From positions 1 to 53,479 of the forward strand of contig CAKPGS010000002.1 of the NCBI GenBank assembly GCA_934155165.1: a stretch of 53,479 bases of DNA, read 5' to 3'. Of this stretch, positions 8,521-18,099 are shown piece by piece (the first letter of the stretch is position 1; each line of letters begins with the position of its first letter). The translations under genes were made by a program, and so were the position numbers. Under the pieces are notes generated by a model that was not told the origin of the DNA, searched no databases, and saw only the letters and a list, made by a program, of their open reading frames with translations. The stretch comes from an uncultured Clostridia bacterium (lineage in GTDB: Bacteria > Bacillota > Clostridia > TANB77 > CAG-508).

Positions 8521-9717
8521 TTATTTTTTAGTTTCTATCTTTCCGTAGTTTCCTCCACCACCTGAATGGATTCCTAACTTTCCTTCTCTTGCAGCTACAA
8601 TATTTCCTGCTATTTTGCTTCCTACTACAGCTTCTATATCATCATAAGATAATTTATGCAATATATTCATTTCTGTTTCAAAGTTATTTAATAATTTTTC
8701 TATAACTTTTGGCCCTACTCCTGGTATAAATGATAATGGAATTTGATATACATATTCTGGTCTATTTTCTGGACTTTTCGTTTCTACTTTATCTTTTATT
8801 AATTCTATTCTATCAAAAACTCCAAAGGTAACTTTTTCACTTCCACATTTTGGACATTTACTAACTGGTTCTTTTGTTTCTATTGTATTGTTGCAATTAT
8901 CACAATAAGTTCTATGGTATTTTCCAAGTTTTGGATCTAACCCATAATTTGCAATCACTTTTCTTCCATCTTCATTTTTTAATGCTTTTACTATTTCATT
9001 AAAAGATATATCTTCTACTTGCATTTTGTTATATTCTCTTGCAATTTTAGGCAAAGAATGTGCATCTGAATTTGTTACAAAGGTTTTTCCTTCTAACTCT
9101 GAAATTGTATCTGCTAAATATGTATCTGAACTTAACCCTAATTCTACTGCAAAAATTTTATTGTATTTTTCCTTAAATATACTTTCTATTCTATCTGTAC
9201 AATTTCCATAGTAGCTTTTAAATGGTGTAAATATGTGTGCTGGTATTAATATTCCATTATATTTTTCTACTATATCTATTAGTTCGTAACCTGATATATC
9301 TGCTCTTTGAGTACTTAGTGTTATATTTTTTATGTGTGTACTCATTTCTTTTGAAAAGCCTTTTATATCTTCTAAATGAGGAAAGAAACATACATTATGA
9401 GCAGCTCCTTTTTTACCATTTCTTCCTAACTCTGATGTTTCTACTTCACTTCCTAATAGTATACAGACCTTATCTTTATAAATTATTCCTCCATCTTTTA
9501 TTTCGTAAGCTTCTCCATTTTTTAAAAAGTTTTCTATATCTTCTATTACGTAAGGTGATGCACAATCTATAATTCCTACAACTTGTATTCCCTTCTTATC
9601 TACACATTCCTTTGCTATATTGGCAAAGTTTAATGAACGTGCTGCAGTTATTTTTATTGGTTTGTTACTTTCACTTCTTCCTATGTGTACATGTAAATCT
9701 GCAAATATTTCATACAT
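8521..9717 (-). CDS. Endonuclease Q-family / PHP-like protein (TIGR00375-like)
   Basis: N-terminal ADLHVHIG metal-binding motif, central SDAHS, C-terminal 4-Cys zinc ribbon (CDNC...CPKCG) and HhH-like tail (IPGVGPK). Confidence 0.6.
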   Translation of the reverse strand: MYEIFADLHVHIGRSESNKPIKITAARSLNFANIAKECVDKKGIQVVGIIDCASPYVIEDIENFLKNGEAYEIKDGGIIYKDKVCILLGSEVETSELGRNGKKGAAHNVCFFPHLEDIKGFSKEMSTHIKNITLSTQRADISGYELIDIVEKYNGILIPAHIFTPFKSYYGNCTDRIESIFKEKYNKIFAVELGLSSDTYLADTISELEGKTFVTNSDAHSLPKIAREYNKMQVEDISFNEIVKALKNEDGRKVIANYGLDPKLGKYHRTYCDNCNNTIETKEPVSKCPKCGSEKVTFGVFDRIELIKDKVETKSPENRPEYVYQIPLSFIPGVGPKVIEKLLNNFETEMNILHKLSYDDIEAVVGSKIAGNIVAAREGKLGIHSGGGGNYGKIETKK

Positions 9718-9785
9718 TTTATTATTCCATCCTTTATTATATATTTACTTAAACATAGCAGGGTTTCCCCTGCTTTTTCTTTTTT

Positions 9786-10067
9786 TTAATAATCTATTTC
9801 TCCTATTCCGAATCCATCAGTTGTTCTTTCTTCTTTTGAATATCCTGCAATATACCCGCTGTTTTGTCCTTCTATTTCTTTCATTCTTTTTGATATTTTT
9901 TCTTTAGTGTATTGTTCTATATTATCATACATATTTTCTACATTATTTTTTTGCATGAATCCAATAACTTCTTCTGTATTCTTTTTTACACCTTCGCCTA
10001 TATCATTTGCATTTCTTACCGCATTTATCAAATTAGTAAACTTACTAACACGTTTTTTTTCTTCCAT
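9786..10067 (-). CDS. Hypothetical protein (93 aa)
   Basis: ORF only, translationally coupled to the upstream gene (start/stop overlap). Confidence 0.45.
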   Translation of the reverse strand: MEEKKRVSKFTNLINAVRNANDIGEGVKKNTEEVIGFMQKNNVENMYDNIEQYTKEKISKRMKEIEGQNSGYIAGYSKEERTTDGFGIGEIDY

Positions 10068-10609
10068 TATACTGCTATTCCCTCCTCTTTAGCTATAAAT
10101 TTTTTAAAGGCTTGCATATACATATTGTCCACATTTCTTAAATTCCTGTATTCCAATAGTGTAATTGCTTCATCTATTGGAAAGCCTCTTCTTTCTGGTC
10201 TATCTAATAATAAACCACCTAGATTATCAACTAATTCTAGTATATCTCCTTCTGGTTCTCTTGGCGCTGAACCACTATATCTATTAACCTGTTCACATAT
10301 TCTGCAAAATCTTTCCGGAAATCCCAAAGTTCTTAAATAATCTGCACCTTCCTTTGCATAAACTTTTAGTCTTGAAATATCTGCTGGATCTTTCATTTTT
10401 TTACATCCACATAAAAGGCACGCTGTTATTACCCAATTTTTATCTATTCCTGGTAAGTTAGCTTCTTCTAAAAACAATCTTGCAATTTCTGTTTTTAACA
10501 CAACAGAGTTATCAAAAAATATATCTGTTCTCTTTTGTAAATAATAAACAATTTCTAATTTTTTTACATAATCTTGTTCATTAAGGATATAATCTGCAAA
10601 TGTTTCCAT
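10067..10609 (-). CDS. Hypothetical protein (about 180 aa)
   Basis: ATG at 10609 preceded by AAGGAGG. No confident family assignment. Confidence 0.5.
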   Translation of the reverse strand: METFADYILNEQDYVKKLEIVYYLQKRTDIFFDNSVVLKTEIARLFLEEANLPGIDKNWVITACLLCGCKKMKDPADISRLKVYAKEGADYLRTLGFPERFCRICEQVNRYSGSAPREPEGDILELVDNLGGLLLDRPERRGFPIDEAITLLEYRNLRNVDNMYMQAFKKFIAKEEGIAV

Positions 10610-10722
10610 TATAATCCTCCTTGTATACAATAATTTTCTTTATTATATTTCAACTATATTTTTTATTCAACAAATTATTGTAAATGTAATAAAAACGTAA
10701 TATTAATGTAATATTACGTTTT

Positions 10723-11196
10723 TTACCCTATAAATTCTTCTATTATTTTTAATATATTTTGTGTATTTGATTTATATTTATTGGGCTTAAAATTTGGTAT
10801 CATTTTTATTGCATTTTCTAGTTCTTTTACGTCTTGAATTCCTATTATAAAGCCTTGTTCATTAAAATTTTCTACTATTTGTATTTGATGGTTATTTACA
10901 TGTTCTTTATATTCTTCTTTTCTTGGAACAGCAATTATCCTTTTATTTTGTTTTAAAGCTTCTGTTATAGAACCAACACCGCCATGTGTAATTACATAAC
11001 TTGATTTATTAATATATTCTTCTAATTCTTTTTGCGATACAAAATCTATAATTTTCATTTTTTTACTTTCAAACTTTGTATTTCCGGCTTGTACTATAAC
11101 TTCTTCTTGAATTATTCCTGTTTCAATAAGGTGTTCTATTTCTTTTAATAATCTTTCAAATGAATTATCTTGTGTTCCCAACATTACTAATATCAT
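10723..11196 (-). CDS. PssE/Cps14G-family (Alg13-like) glycosyltransferase subunit
   Basis: MILVMLGTQ..F.RL...., HGG.GSI.E motif, about 157 aa, paired with an Alg14-like partner. Confidence 0.75.
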   Translation of the reverse strand: MILVMLGTQDNSFERLLKEIEHLIETGIIQEEVIVQAGNTKFESKKMKIIDFVSQKELEEYINKSSYVITHGGVGSITEALKQNKRIIAVPRKEEYKEHVNNHQIQIVENFNEQGFIIGIQDVKELENAIKMIPNFKPNKYKSNTQNILKIIEEFIG

Positions 11197-11666
11197 TAAT
11201 AAATCGAACCTCCTAAAACTGCTTTTGGATATAATTTAAGCATTTCTTCCCATTGTACTATAAATAAGTCTGCTATTTTATATATTAATTTTCCAGTTGC
11301 TGTTTTTGTATTTCTATTTGCAAATGTTTCTATATATATAATTTTGCTTCCAAATATTTTGCCAATACAGCACATTGGACCTGCTGTATGTGTTCCTGTT
11401 GTAACTATATATTGTGGTCTGTATTTTATATAGTAAAAAAGTGATATCCAACAATTTATAAATAGAATAAAAATGTATTTTAGTAAATGGGCTCTTGTAC
11501 CATATAATAAATATGATATTTTTTTTCCATATTTGGCTTTTTCTCCTTCAGTTACTTTATCTTTTTCTGTTATTATATGGTAATTATATTTTTCAAACAG
11601 TGGTTTTAATTGCATTAGTTCGTTATAATGTCCGCCTGTGCTTGATATAAATAGAACACGTTTCAT
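11196..11666 (-). CDS. PssD/Cps14F-family (Alg14-like) glycosyltransferase membrane subunit
   Basis: FISSTGGH..E motif, internal TM segment, GTHTAGP, IYIE...R. Overlaps the start of the Alg13-like gene. Confidence 0.75.
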   Translation of the reverse strand: MKRVLFISSTGGHYNELMQLKPLFEKYNYHIITEKDKVTEGEKAKYGKKISYLLYGTRAHLLKYIFILFINCWISLFYYIKYRPQYIVTTGTHTAGPMCCIGKIFGSKIIYIETFANRNTKTATGKLIYKIADLFIVQWEEMLKLYPKAVLGGSIY

Positions 11667-11933
11667 TTGAATTTCCTTTCAATTATTATTTTGTAATATT
11701 ATATTTATAGATAATATTTATAATGAAATTTATTCAATTCCTCGGCTGCATTACGTATTAAAAGAAATTATAAAATTATAGCAATTGAGACTCTCGCTGC
11801 TCTTGCTCCGCAAGCCATCGCTTCCTCTTTTGCTATAATTTAACAATTTCTAATAACACTCCAATTGCATTCGTCATTTCATAAATTTATTATAATTATT
11901 ATTTTATTAACTTTTTATAAATCATCTTAAAGT

Positions 11934-13778
11934 CTATTTTTGGTCTTTTTTGATTTCTGCAAATCTTTTTATTTTCATTGTTGTTGTTTTTTCGAATTCG
12001 TCTTTTTTAATTTCTAGGTTTTTAATTGCTTTGTATGATGTTAATTCTCTGTTTACTTTTTTAATTTCTTCCCATATTATTTTACGTATTTCTTCTTCGC
12101 TTAAATCTTTTCCATGTAGTTCTTCTATTTCTTCATAATTTGGTATTACTTTTACAGATATTACAAGTTCTTTTTGCCCTTCTACTTCTTTTCCATATAC
12201 CATACATTCTTTTATTTCTGGTACTTTTCCTAACATCATTTCTATTTCTTCTGGATATATATTTTTTCCGTTTTGTGTTACTATAACATTTTTGCTTCTT
12301 CCTGTTATGAATAAAAATCCATCTTTATCTAAGTATCCTATATCTCCTGAATTGAACCATCCATCATACATTACTTCTTTCGTTGCTTCTTCATTTTCAT
12401 AGTATCCAAGCATTACTGTTTTACCTTTTATCCATACTTCTCCTTCTCCTTTTTCGTTTGCATTATGTATTTTTATTTCATCTGGTAAAACTGCTTTTCC
12501 TGCTGATCCAACTCTTGGGTCAAAGTCTGGTGTTAGTGCCGCTATTGGCGCAGTTTCTGTAAGTCCATATCCTTGTAAAAATATAATTCCCATATCTTGT
12601 ACCCATTTTCCTACTTTTGGATCGATAGGTGCTGCTGCTGAAACTATTATTCTTAAATTTCCCCCTAAATTGTCTAAAATTTCTTTAAATACTTTTCTTT
12701 TTAAATCTACACCTACAGATTTTAGTGCGTTTGTAACATGAATCATAGAATTTACTATCGGTGCTTTTCCACTTTTATCTATAGATTTATTTATTTTTTT
12801 GTGTAGATTTTCTATTAATAATGGAACTGCAAGCAATGCTGTTGGTTTTGCTTCTTGTAAATTTGGTACTATATATTTTAGCCCCTCACATATTGCTATT
12901 GAACATCCTCTTTCTATTGGTAATAATAGCCCTATTGTTGATTCGTAAGTATGATGAAGTGGTAAAACTGAGAAAAATCTATCTGTTGGATATATTTTTA
13001 CATAAGGATTTACAGAGTTTATATTTTCTGCTAAATTTCTGTTACATATTTTTACGCCTTTAGATTGTGAAGTTGTTCCAGATGTAAATATTAAAAGTCT
13101 AAATTCTTCTGGATCTATTTCTATTTCGTTAAAACTATTATCTCCATTTTTTACAAGCTTTTTACCTTCTTCTAAAATGTAGTTATAACCAACATTTCTT
13201 CCCTGTACTTTATCATCTGAATTCATTTCGATAAAATATTTTACAGATGGTAAATTATCTTGAATTTTACTTATTACATCTTTTTTCTTTTTAGAGTATA
13301 TAACTGCAGATGTATTTGAACGATTAATTAAGTTTTCTATTTCATTTGCTGGTAGTTCTTTATCTAAAGGAACTGCTATTCCAGCTCCACATAATAATGC
13401 CAAATATGATGTATACCAACAATAAGAGGTTTCTCCAATTATTGCAATTTTTTCATCTTTTAAATTTAAAAATTTTGTAAGAGCTGTTCCAAGTCCTACA
13501 ACATCTTCTCCAAATTGTTTATAAGTAATTTCCTTGTAGGGTTCTTTATGATCTTGTTTTTCCAAAGCAAATATATTTTCTGAATATTTTTCTATACTTA
13601 GATCAAATATTTCTTTTATTGTTTTATAGTTTGTAGCTGTGTAATATTCATGTTTTTTGTTTTTCTCATTTATTTTCTTAGGGTCAATTTCTACGTTTAC
13701 TTCTTCTATATTTTCTATATCTTTCATTTTTAATTTTGGGAATTTAAAATTTGGTATTTTTAAATCTCTTAAGCTCAT
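11934..13778 (-). CDS. Long-chain fatty acid--CoA ligase (AMP-binding enzyme family)
   Basis: AMP-binding motifs IFTSGTTSQSKGV, GYGLTET, WFNSGDIG, KIKR. Start set at the ATG after AAGGAGAG. Confidence 0.85.
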   Translation of the reverse strand: MSLRDLKIPNFKFPKLKMKDIENIEEVNVEIDPKKINEKNKKHEYYTATNYKTIKEIFDLSIEKYSENIFALEKQDHKEPYKEITYKQFGEDVVGLGTALTKFLNLKDEKIAIIGETSYCWYTSYLALLCGAGIAVPLDKELPANEIENLINRSNTSAVIYSKKKKDVISKIQDNLPSVKYFIEMNSDDKVQGRNVGYNYILEEGKKLVKNGDNSFNEIEIDPEEFRLLIFTSGTTSQSKGVKICNRNLAENINSVNPYVKIYPTDRFFSVLPLHHTYESTIGLLLPIERGCSIAICEGLKYIVPNLQEAKPTALLAVPLLIENLHKKINKSIDKSGKAPIVNSMIHVTNALKSVGVDLKRKVFKEILDNLGGNLRIIVSAAAPIDPKVGKWVQDMGIIFLQGYGLTETAPIAALTPDFDPRVGSAGKAVLPDEIKIHNANEKGEGEVWIKGKTVMLGYYENEEATKEVMYDGWFNSGDIGYLDKDGFLFITGRSKNVIVTQNGKNIYPEEIEMMLGKVPEIKECMVYGKEVEGQKELVISVKVIPNYEEIEELHGKDLSEEEIRKIIWEEIKKVNRELTSYKAIKNLEIKKDEFEKTTTMKIKRFAEIKKDQK

Positions 13779-13844
13779 TTTTATCGCTCTCCTTTTATTT
13801 TTTATCATTGGTATTATTTCACATTTTTTCAATTTTGTAAAGAA

Positions 13845-13868
13845 AAAAACGACCCAACGGTCGTTTTT
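13845..13868 (-). terminator. Intrinsic terminator (bidirectional-looking)
   Basis: aaaaaaa-CGACC-caac-GGTCG-tttttt. Confidence 0.7.
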
Positions 13869-13870
13869 TG

Positions 13871-14728
13871 TTAGTTTTCTCCTCTTCCTTCTGGAAGTGC
13901 ATTCGAATTGTCTACTACAATTCTTATACTCATTATTGTTTTTATTGCTCTTCCTAACTTGCTTTGTTTAATTCTTTGCCATAATGATGGTTTTGCTTCA
14001 AATGTTTCAGCAACATATTGTTCTTCTGTAATTTGTTCAACCGTAGCTTCTTGAGCAGGTTCTTGTGCAACTTGAGCTACCTTTTCTTCAACTGGTGCAG
14101 GAATAGCTTTTAAAGCATCTGCAACCTCTATTCCAATATAACTTAAAGCTTTTGATCTATCTTCTATTCTTTCCATATCTATTTCAATATGTAAATTAGA
14201 TTCTAAGTTTGCAACTCTTGCATTTACTAGTTTTAAAGCATCTTGATAATTTTGAGATTTATCAGTTCTAGCTCTACCTATTATCATAAGAGGCTCTGTC
14301 ATATCTTCTCCAAATTTATCTTTAGATTCTTTTACAGTATCTTTCCAATTTTTTTCTTTATTTTGAGCAGCTTCTAAAACTTCCTTTAGTTCTGTACCTA
14401 AATTTATATTATTTTCTCTTTGTCTAATTAAACTTTCTATTTGTTTTGTGTTTTCTTCAAATTGGTTAGTTGCAAATTCAACTAATCCATAAGCAGCATT
14501 ATATACACTTGATGGAAAGTTTTTCTTTTTTGGATATTCTATTAAATAAGTTTTAATTGATTCGATTAAATCCTTAAAATAGCTATCTTCCTCTAGTTCT
14601 ACTATTTGTTTTTTACTTTTTGGATTAATCATTCTTTGCACCTTATCAATATTTGATAAAATTTTTTCTTCCGTGATAACCATTCTCACGTTTACTATGC
14701 CTGTTCTGTTTCTTCTAAATAAAGACAT
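13871..14728 (-). CDS. Hypothetical protein (about 285 aa)
   Basis: ORF with AAGGAGGG upstream of the internal ATG at 14728. Helical and charged, with an A/E/Q-rich linker. No family recognised. Confidence 0.5.
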   Translation of the reverse strand: MSLFRRNRTGIVNVRMVITEEKILSNIDKVQRMINPKSKKQIVELEEDSYFKDLIESIKTYLIEYPKKKNFPSSVYNAAYGLVEFATNQFEENTKQIESLIRQRENNINLGTELKEVLEAAQNKEKNWKDTVKESKDKFGEDMTEPLMIIGRARTDKSQNYQDALKLVNARVANLESNLHIEIDMERIEDRSKALSYIGIEVADALKAIPAPVEEKVAQVAQEPAQEATVEQITEEQYVAETFEAKPSLWQRIKQSKLGRAIKTIMSIRIVVDNSNALPEGRGEN

Positions 14729-14866
14729 TGTAAACTCACCCTCCTTAATCATACGTAATATTGCTCTTAACGATTTCATTATACACTTTTCAACATAAAA
14801 CTACAAGTAAAAAGTCGAAAAAAACATATTACATTTTTGTTACGTTTTTGTAATATTTTTGTAATA

Positions 14867-15433
14867 TTACTTTCTAATTCCTTTTATTACTGAACTTTCA
14901 AGTTCATTGTACATTTTTTTTATATCTATTTCTTGGTTTGTTTTCATTTTATATATTAAACTTGTACATGTTGAAGCAAATATTTCTGAGGCTAAAACTT
15001 CCGAATCCATATCTACTATTTCTTGCTTCTCTATTCCTTCTTTTATAATTTCTTCTACAGTTTTTATATAATCCATTACATATCTTCTACATGTTGTGTT
15101 TCTTTCTTCAGTTCCCCATATTTGGCTTAATACAATAGTTATTAAATTTTCATATTTTTTTATTACTTTAATTTGTATTAAAATAATTGCTCTAATTTTG
15201 TCTATAGAATTATCTAACTTAGCTGTTTTTATTTGAATACTATTTTTTAATAATTTCATACCTTCTTCTACTAAAAAGTTAAAAATTTCTTCTTTACTAG
15301 AAAAATGATAGTACAAAGTTCCTTTAGCCACTCCAACAGTTGCCGTTATTTCTTCAATGCTAGTAGATTCATATCCTTTTTCTGCAAATAATTTCATAGA
15401 AGTTTCAAAAATTTTTCTTTTTGTTTTATTCAT
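14867..15433 (-). CDS. TetR/AcrR-family transcriptional regulator
   Basis: N-terminal HTH: F.EKGYE.TSI.EI....GVAKGTLY.HF.SKEE. Confidence 0.9.
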   Translation of the reverse strand: MNKTKRKIFETSMKLFAEKGYESTSIEEITATVGVAKGTLYYHFSSKEEIFNFLVEEGMKLLKNSIQIKTAKLDNSIDKIRAIILIQIKVIKKYENLITIVLSQIWGTEERNTTCRRYVMDYIKTVEEIIKEGIEKQEIVDMDSEVLASEIFASTCTSLIYKMKTNQEIDIKKMYNELESSVIKGIRK

Positions 15434-15486
15434 ATATAAATCACCTTTTATAAAAACATCGCACTATCAGTGCGATTTGCTTTATT

Positions 15487-15573
15487 TGGTGCAGGTGGTG
15501 GGACTCGAACCCACACATAGTTTCCTATAATAGATTTTGAGTCTATCGCGTCTACCAATTCCACCACACCTGC
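15487..15573 (-). tRNA. tRNA-Leu (anticodon CAA)
   Basis: Reverse complement GCAGGTGTGGTGGAATTGGTAGAC...CTCAAAA...long variable arm...GGTTCGAGTCC...CCTGCACCA. A hairpin plus T-run terminator follows at about 15455-15480. Confidence 0.9.
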
Positions 15574-15624
15574 GTTTATGTCTGCTATGTTATCATATTT
15601 TTTTCCTTTTGTCTATATGTTTTT

Positions 15625-16320
15625 TTATAATTTTATTAATTCAAAATTCGTGTAATCACACGATACCATTTTTAGGTTTATACCTTTTATTTTACCTTCT
15701 ATAACGTCTTTATGTGCATTTCCGTGTAAGTGTCCATAAAGACACGTTTCTACATTATATTCTTTCATTACTTTTATAAATTCTGATATTGTTTCTCCCT
15801 TTATTGGCGGATAGTGCATGCATACTATTATCTTTTTTTCCTGTAAATCAAAGTTGTTTTTTGCATATTCTAAAGATAATTTAAGTCTTTGTATTTCTCT
15901 ATTTAGTATTTTTTTATTTTCTTCATCATTATCAGTTATTGTCCATCCTCTTGTTCCGCATATTATATAATCTTCGTATTCATATGCATTGTTGTATATA
16001 AAATCTATTGTTTTGAAATTATTTTCTTTCAAATAATTTCTCATACTTGTTACAGTTGACCACCAATAATCGTGGTTTCCTTTTAACAATAATTTTTTCC
16101 CTGGTAATGTTTCTAAATAGTTAAAAGCTTTATATGTATCTTGCAAGTACATTGACCAACAAAAATCTCCTGGAAGCAATACAACATCATTTTCTTTTAC
16201 TGTTTTTTTCCAATTTTCTCTTATTTTTTCTTGATGATTTTTCCAATTTTCTCCAAAAATATCCATTGGTTTATCTTCATCAAAAGATAAGTGTAAGTCT
16301 GATATTGCATATAACGACAT
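15625..16320 (-). CDS. Metallophosphoesterase
   Basis: Motifs ISDLHL, LPGDF, GNHDYWW, HYPP, GHLHG. Start at 16320 after AAAGGAG. Confidence 0.85.
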   Translation of the reverse strand: MSLYAISDLHLSFDEDKPMDIFGENWKNHQEKIRENWKKTVKENDVVLLPGDFCWSMYLQDTYKAFNYLETLPGKKLLLKGNHDYWWSTVTSMRNYLKENNFKTIDFIYNNAYEYEDYIICGTRGWTITDNDEENKKILNREIQRLKLSLEYAKNNFDLQEKKIIVCMHYPPIKGETISEFIKVMKEYNVETCLYGHLHGNAHKDVIEGKIKGINLKMVSCDYTNFELIKL

Positions 16321-16340
16321 TTTATTGCTCCTTTCTTTTT

Positions 16341-17330
16341 TTAGTTTATTTTTAAGTTTGGTACTGCATTTAAGCATAAATCTGAAGTTTTCCCTTTTAT
16401 AAAATTATAGTATCCTGCAGATGCTATCATTGCTGCATTGTCTGTACATAATTTTAGGTCTGGCATATATACTTTTATATTTTCTTTTTCTAAGCTTTTC
16501 ATTGCTTCTCTTATGTAGCTATTAGCTGAAACTCCTCCTGCTAATACTAGTTGTTTTACTTCGGTTTGTTTTATTGCTTTTTTTGTGTTTTGCATTAATA
16601 CTTCTGTAACTGCCGCTTCAAAACTTGCACATAAATTTTCTTTATTTATATTTGGTGTTTTATGATTTAAGTTTATTACCGCTGTTTTTATTCCGCTAAA
16701 ACTAAAGTCTAAATTTTCAAAGTGTGTTTTTGGAAGATTATAAGTTACCTCTCCACCTTTTGCCATTTTATCTATTTTAGGTCCTCCAGGGTAGCCTAAA
16801 CCTACTACTCTTGCAACTTTATCAAAAGCTTCACCTATGGCATCATCTCTTGTTTTTCCTAATACTTCAAATTCTGTATAATCTTTTACATGTATTATTT
16901 GAGTATTTCCTCCAGACATCATTAAGCATAAAAAAGGTGGCTTTAAATCTTTATGTGTTATATAATTTGCTGCTATATGTCCTTCTATATGATTAACTCC
17001 TAATAAAGGTTTATTTATTGCATAGCTTAAGGCTTTTGCGTATGATACTCCAACTAGTAACGCACCAACAAGCCCTGGTCCATATGTACATGTTACTACA
17101 TCTATATCTTTATATTCTATTTTAGCTTCTTTTAAAGCTGTTTTTGCAACTGTAGAAATAGCTTCCACATGATTTCTAGAAGCTATTTCTGGCACAACTC
17201 CACCAAATAATTCGTGTATTGGTATTTGTGTATTTATTACATTAGAAAGAACTTCCCTTCCATTTTTTACAATGGCAACTGAAGTTTCGTCACAACTTGA
17301 TTCTATTCCTAAAGTTATTATATCTTTCAT
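16341..17330 (-). CDS. tsaD: tRNA N6-adenosine threonylcarbamoyltransferase TsaD
   Basis: [30 protein letters not shown]. Kae1/TsaD family. Confidence 0.95.
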   Translation of the reverse strand: MKDIITLGIESSCDETSVAIVKNGREVLSNVINTQIPIHELFGGVVPEIASRNHVEAISTVAKTALKEAKIEYKDIDVVTCTYGPGLVGALLVGVSYAKALSYAINKPLLGVNHIEGHIAANYITHKDLKPPFLCLMMSGGNTQIIHVKDYTEFEVLGKTRDDAIGEAFDKVARVVGLGYPGGPKIDKMAKGGEVTYNLPKTHFENLDFSFSGIKTAVINLNHKTPNINKENLCASFEAAVTEVLMQNTKKAIKQTEVKQLVLAGGVSANSYIREAMKSLEKENIKVYMPDLKLCTDNAAMIASAGYYNFIKGKTSDLCLNAVPNLKIN

Positions 17331-17348
17331 TATATTACCTTCTTAATT

Positions 17349-18095
17349 TTATAATCCAAATATTGCTAATCCTAAATTTATTATCCATTTATATATAAAG
17401 GTTATTGCAGGGGAAATTATATATCCTGCAAGGCCTGTAATCCAAAGTATTACAAATACTATATAGAATATTTGCTCTCTTTCTACAAAAAAGCTTTTGG
17501 CTTTTGCTGGTAAAAATGGCATTATAACTTTTGAACCATCTAGTGGTGGTAATGGTATTAGGTTAAACACTCCTAATCCTATATTTATACTTACAATACT
17601 CATAAGTAATAATTGTATTGCTCCTCCTGTATTTCCTATTAATACGTTTGGTGCAAATTTTACTATTGCACAATATATTAATGTAAAAACTATAGCTAAA
17701 AACAAATTCATTAATGGACCAGCTATTGAAACAATTGCATCTGCTTTTTCCATAGAAATGTTTCTATTAAAATTACGAGGATTTATTTCAACTGGTTTTC
17801 CCCATCCAAATCCTGCAAAAAGTAATAATAGAGAACCTACAGGATCTAAATGATGTAGTGGATTTAAACTAAGTCTTCCTTGATTTCTTGGTGTATCATC
17901 TCCTAATTTATCCGCTGCAAATGCGTGTGCAAATTCATGAAATGTTATTGCAATAAGCACTGCTGGAATACTTATAATTAATCCTAACAATTTATTTGGA
18001 TCTGATAAATATCCTATCACAGTTGATAATATTAAACATCCTAAAATTATATAAATTACTCTTTTATCAAAATACAAATTGTTTCCGCCTTTCAT
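17349..18095 (-). CDS. Site-2 protease family (M50) membrane metalloprotease
   Basis: HEFAHA zinc motif in a TM helix, NLIPLPPLDGS motif. Confidence 0.85.
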   Translation of the reverse strand: MKGGNNLYFDKRVIYIILGCLILSTVIGYLSDPNKLLGLIISIPAVLIAITFHEFAHAFAADKLGDDTPRNQGRLSLNPLHHLDPVGSLLLLFAGFGWGKPVEINPRNFNRNISMEKADAIVSIAGPLMNLFLAIVFTLIYCAIVKFAPNVLIGNTGGAIQLLLMSIVSINIGLGVFNLIPLPPLDGSKVIMPFLPAKAKSFFVEREQIFYIVFVILWITGLAGYIISPAITFIYKWIINLGLAIFGL

Positions 18096-18099
18096 ATTT

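Noticed and set aside
9745-9785. Hairpin agcaggg/ccctgct with a T-run on the plus strand, between two minus-strand genes.
   Set aside because: The orientation of the U-run does not fit termination of the flanking minus-strand genes. It may be a weak or bidirectional element, but I cannot support a specific call.
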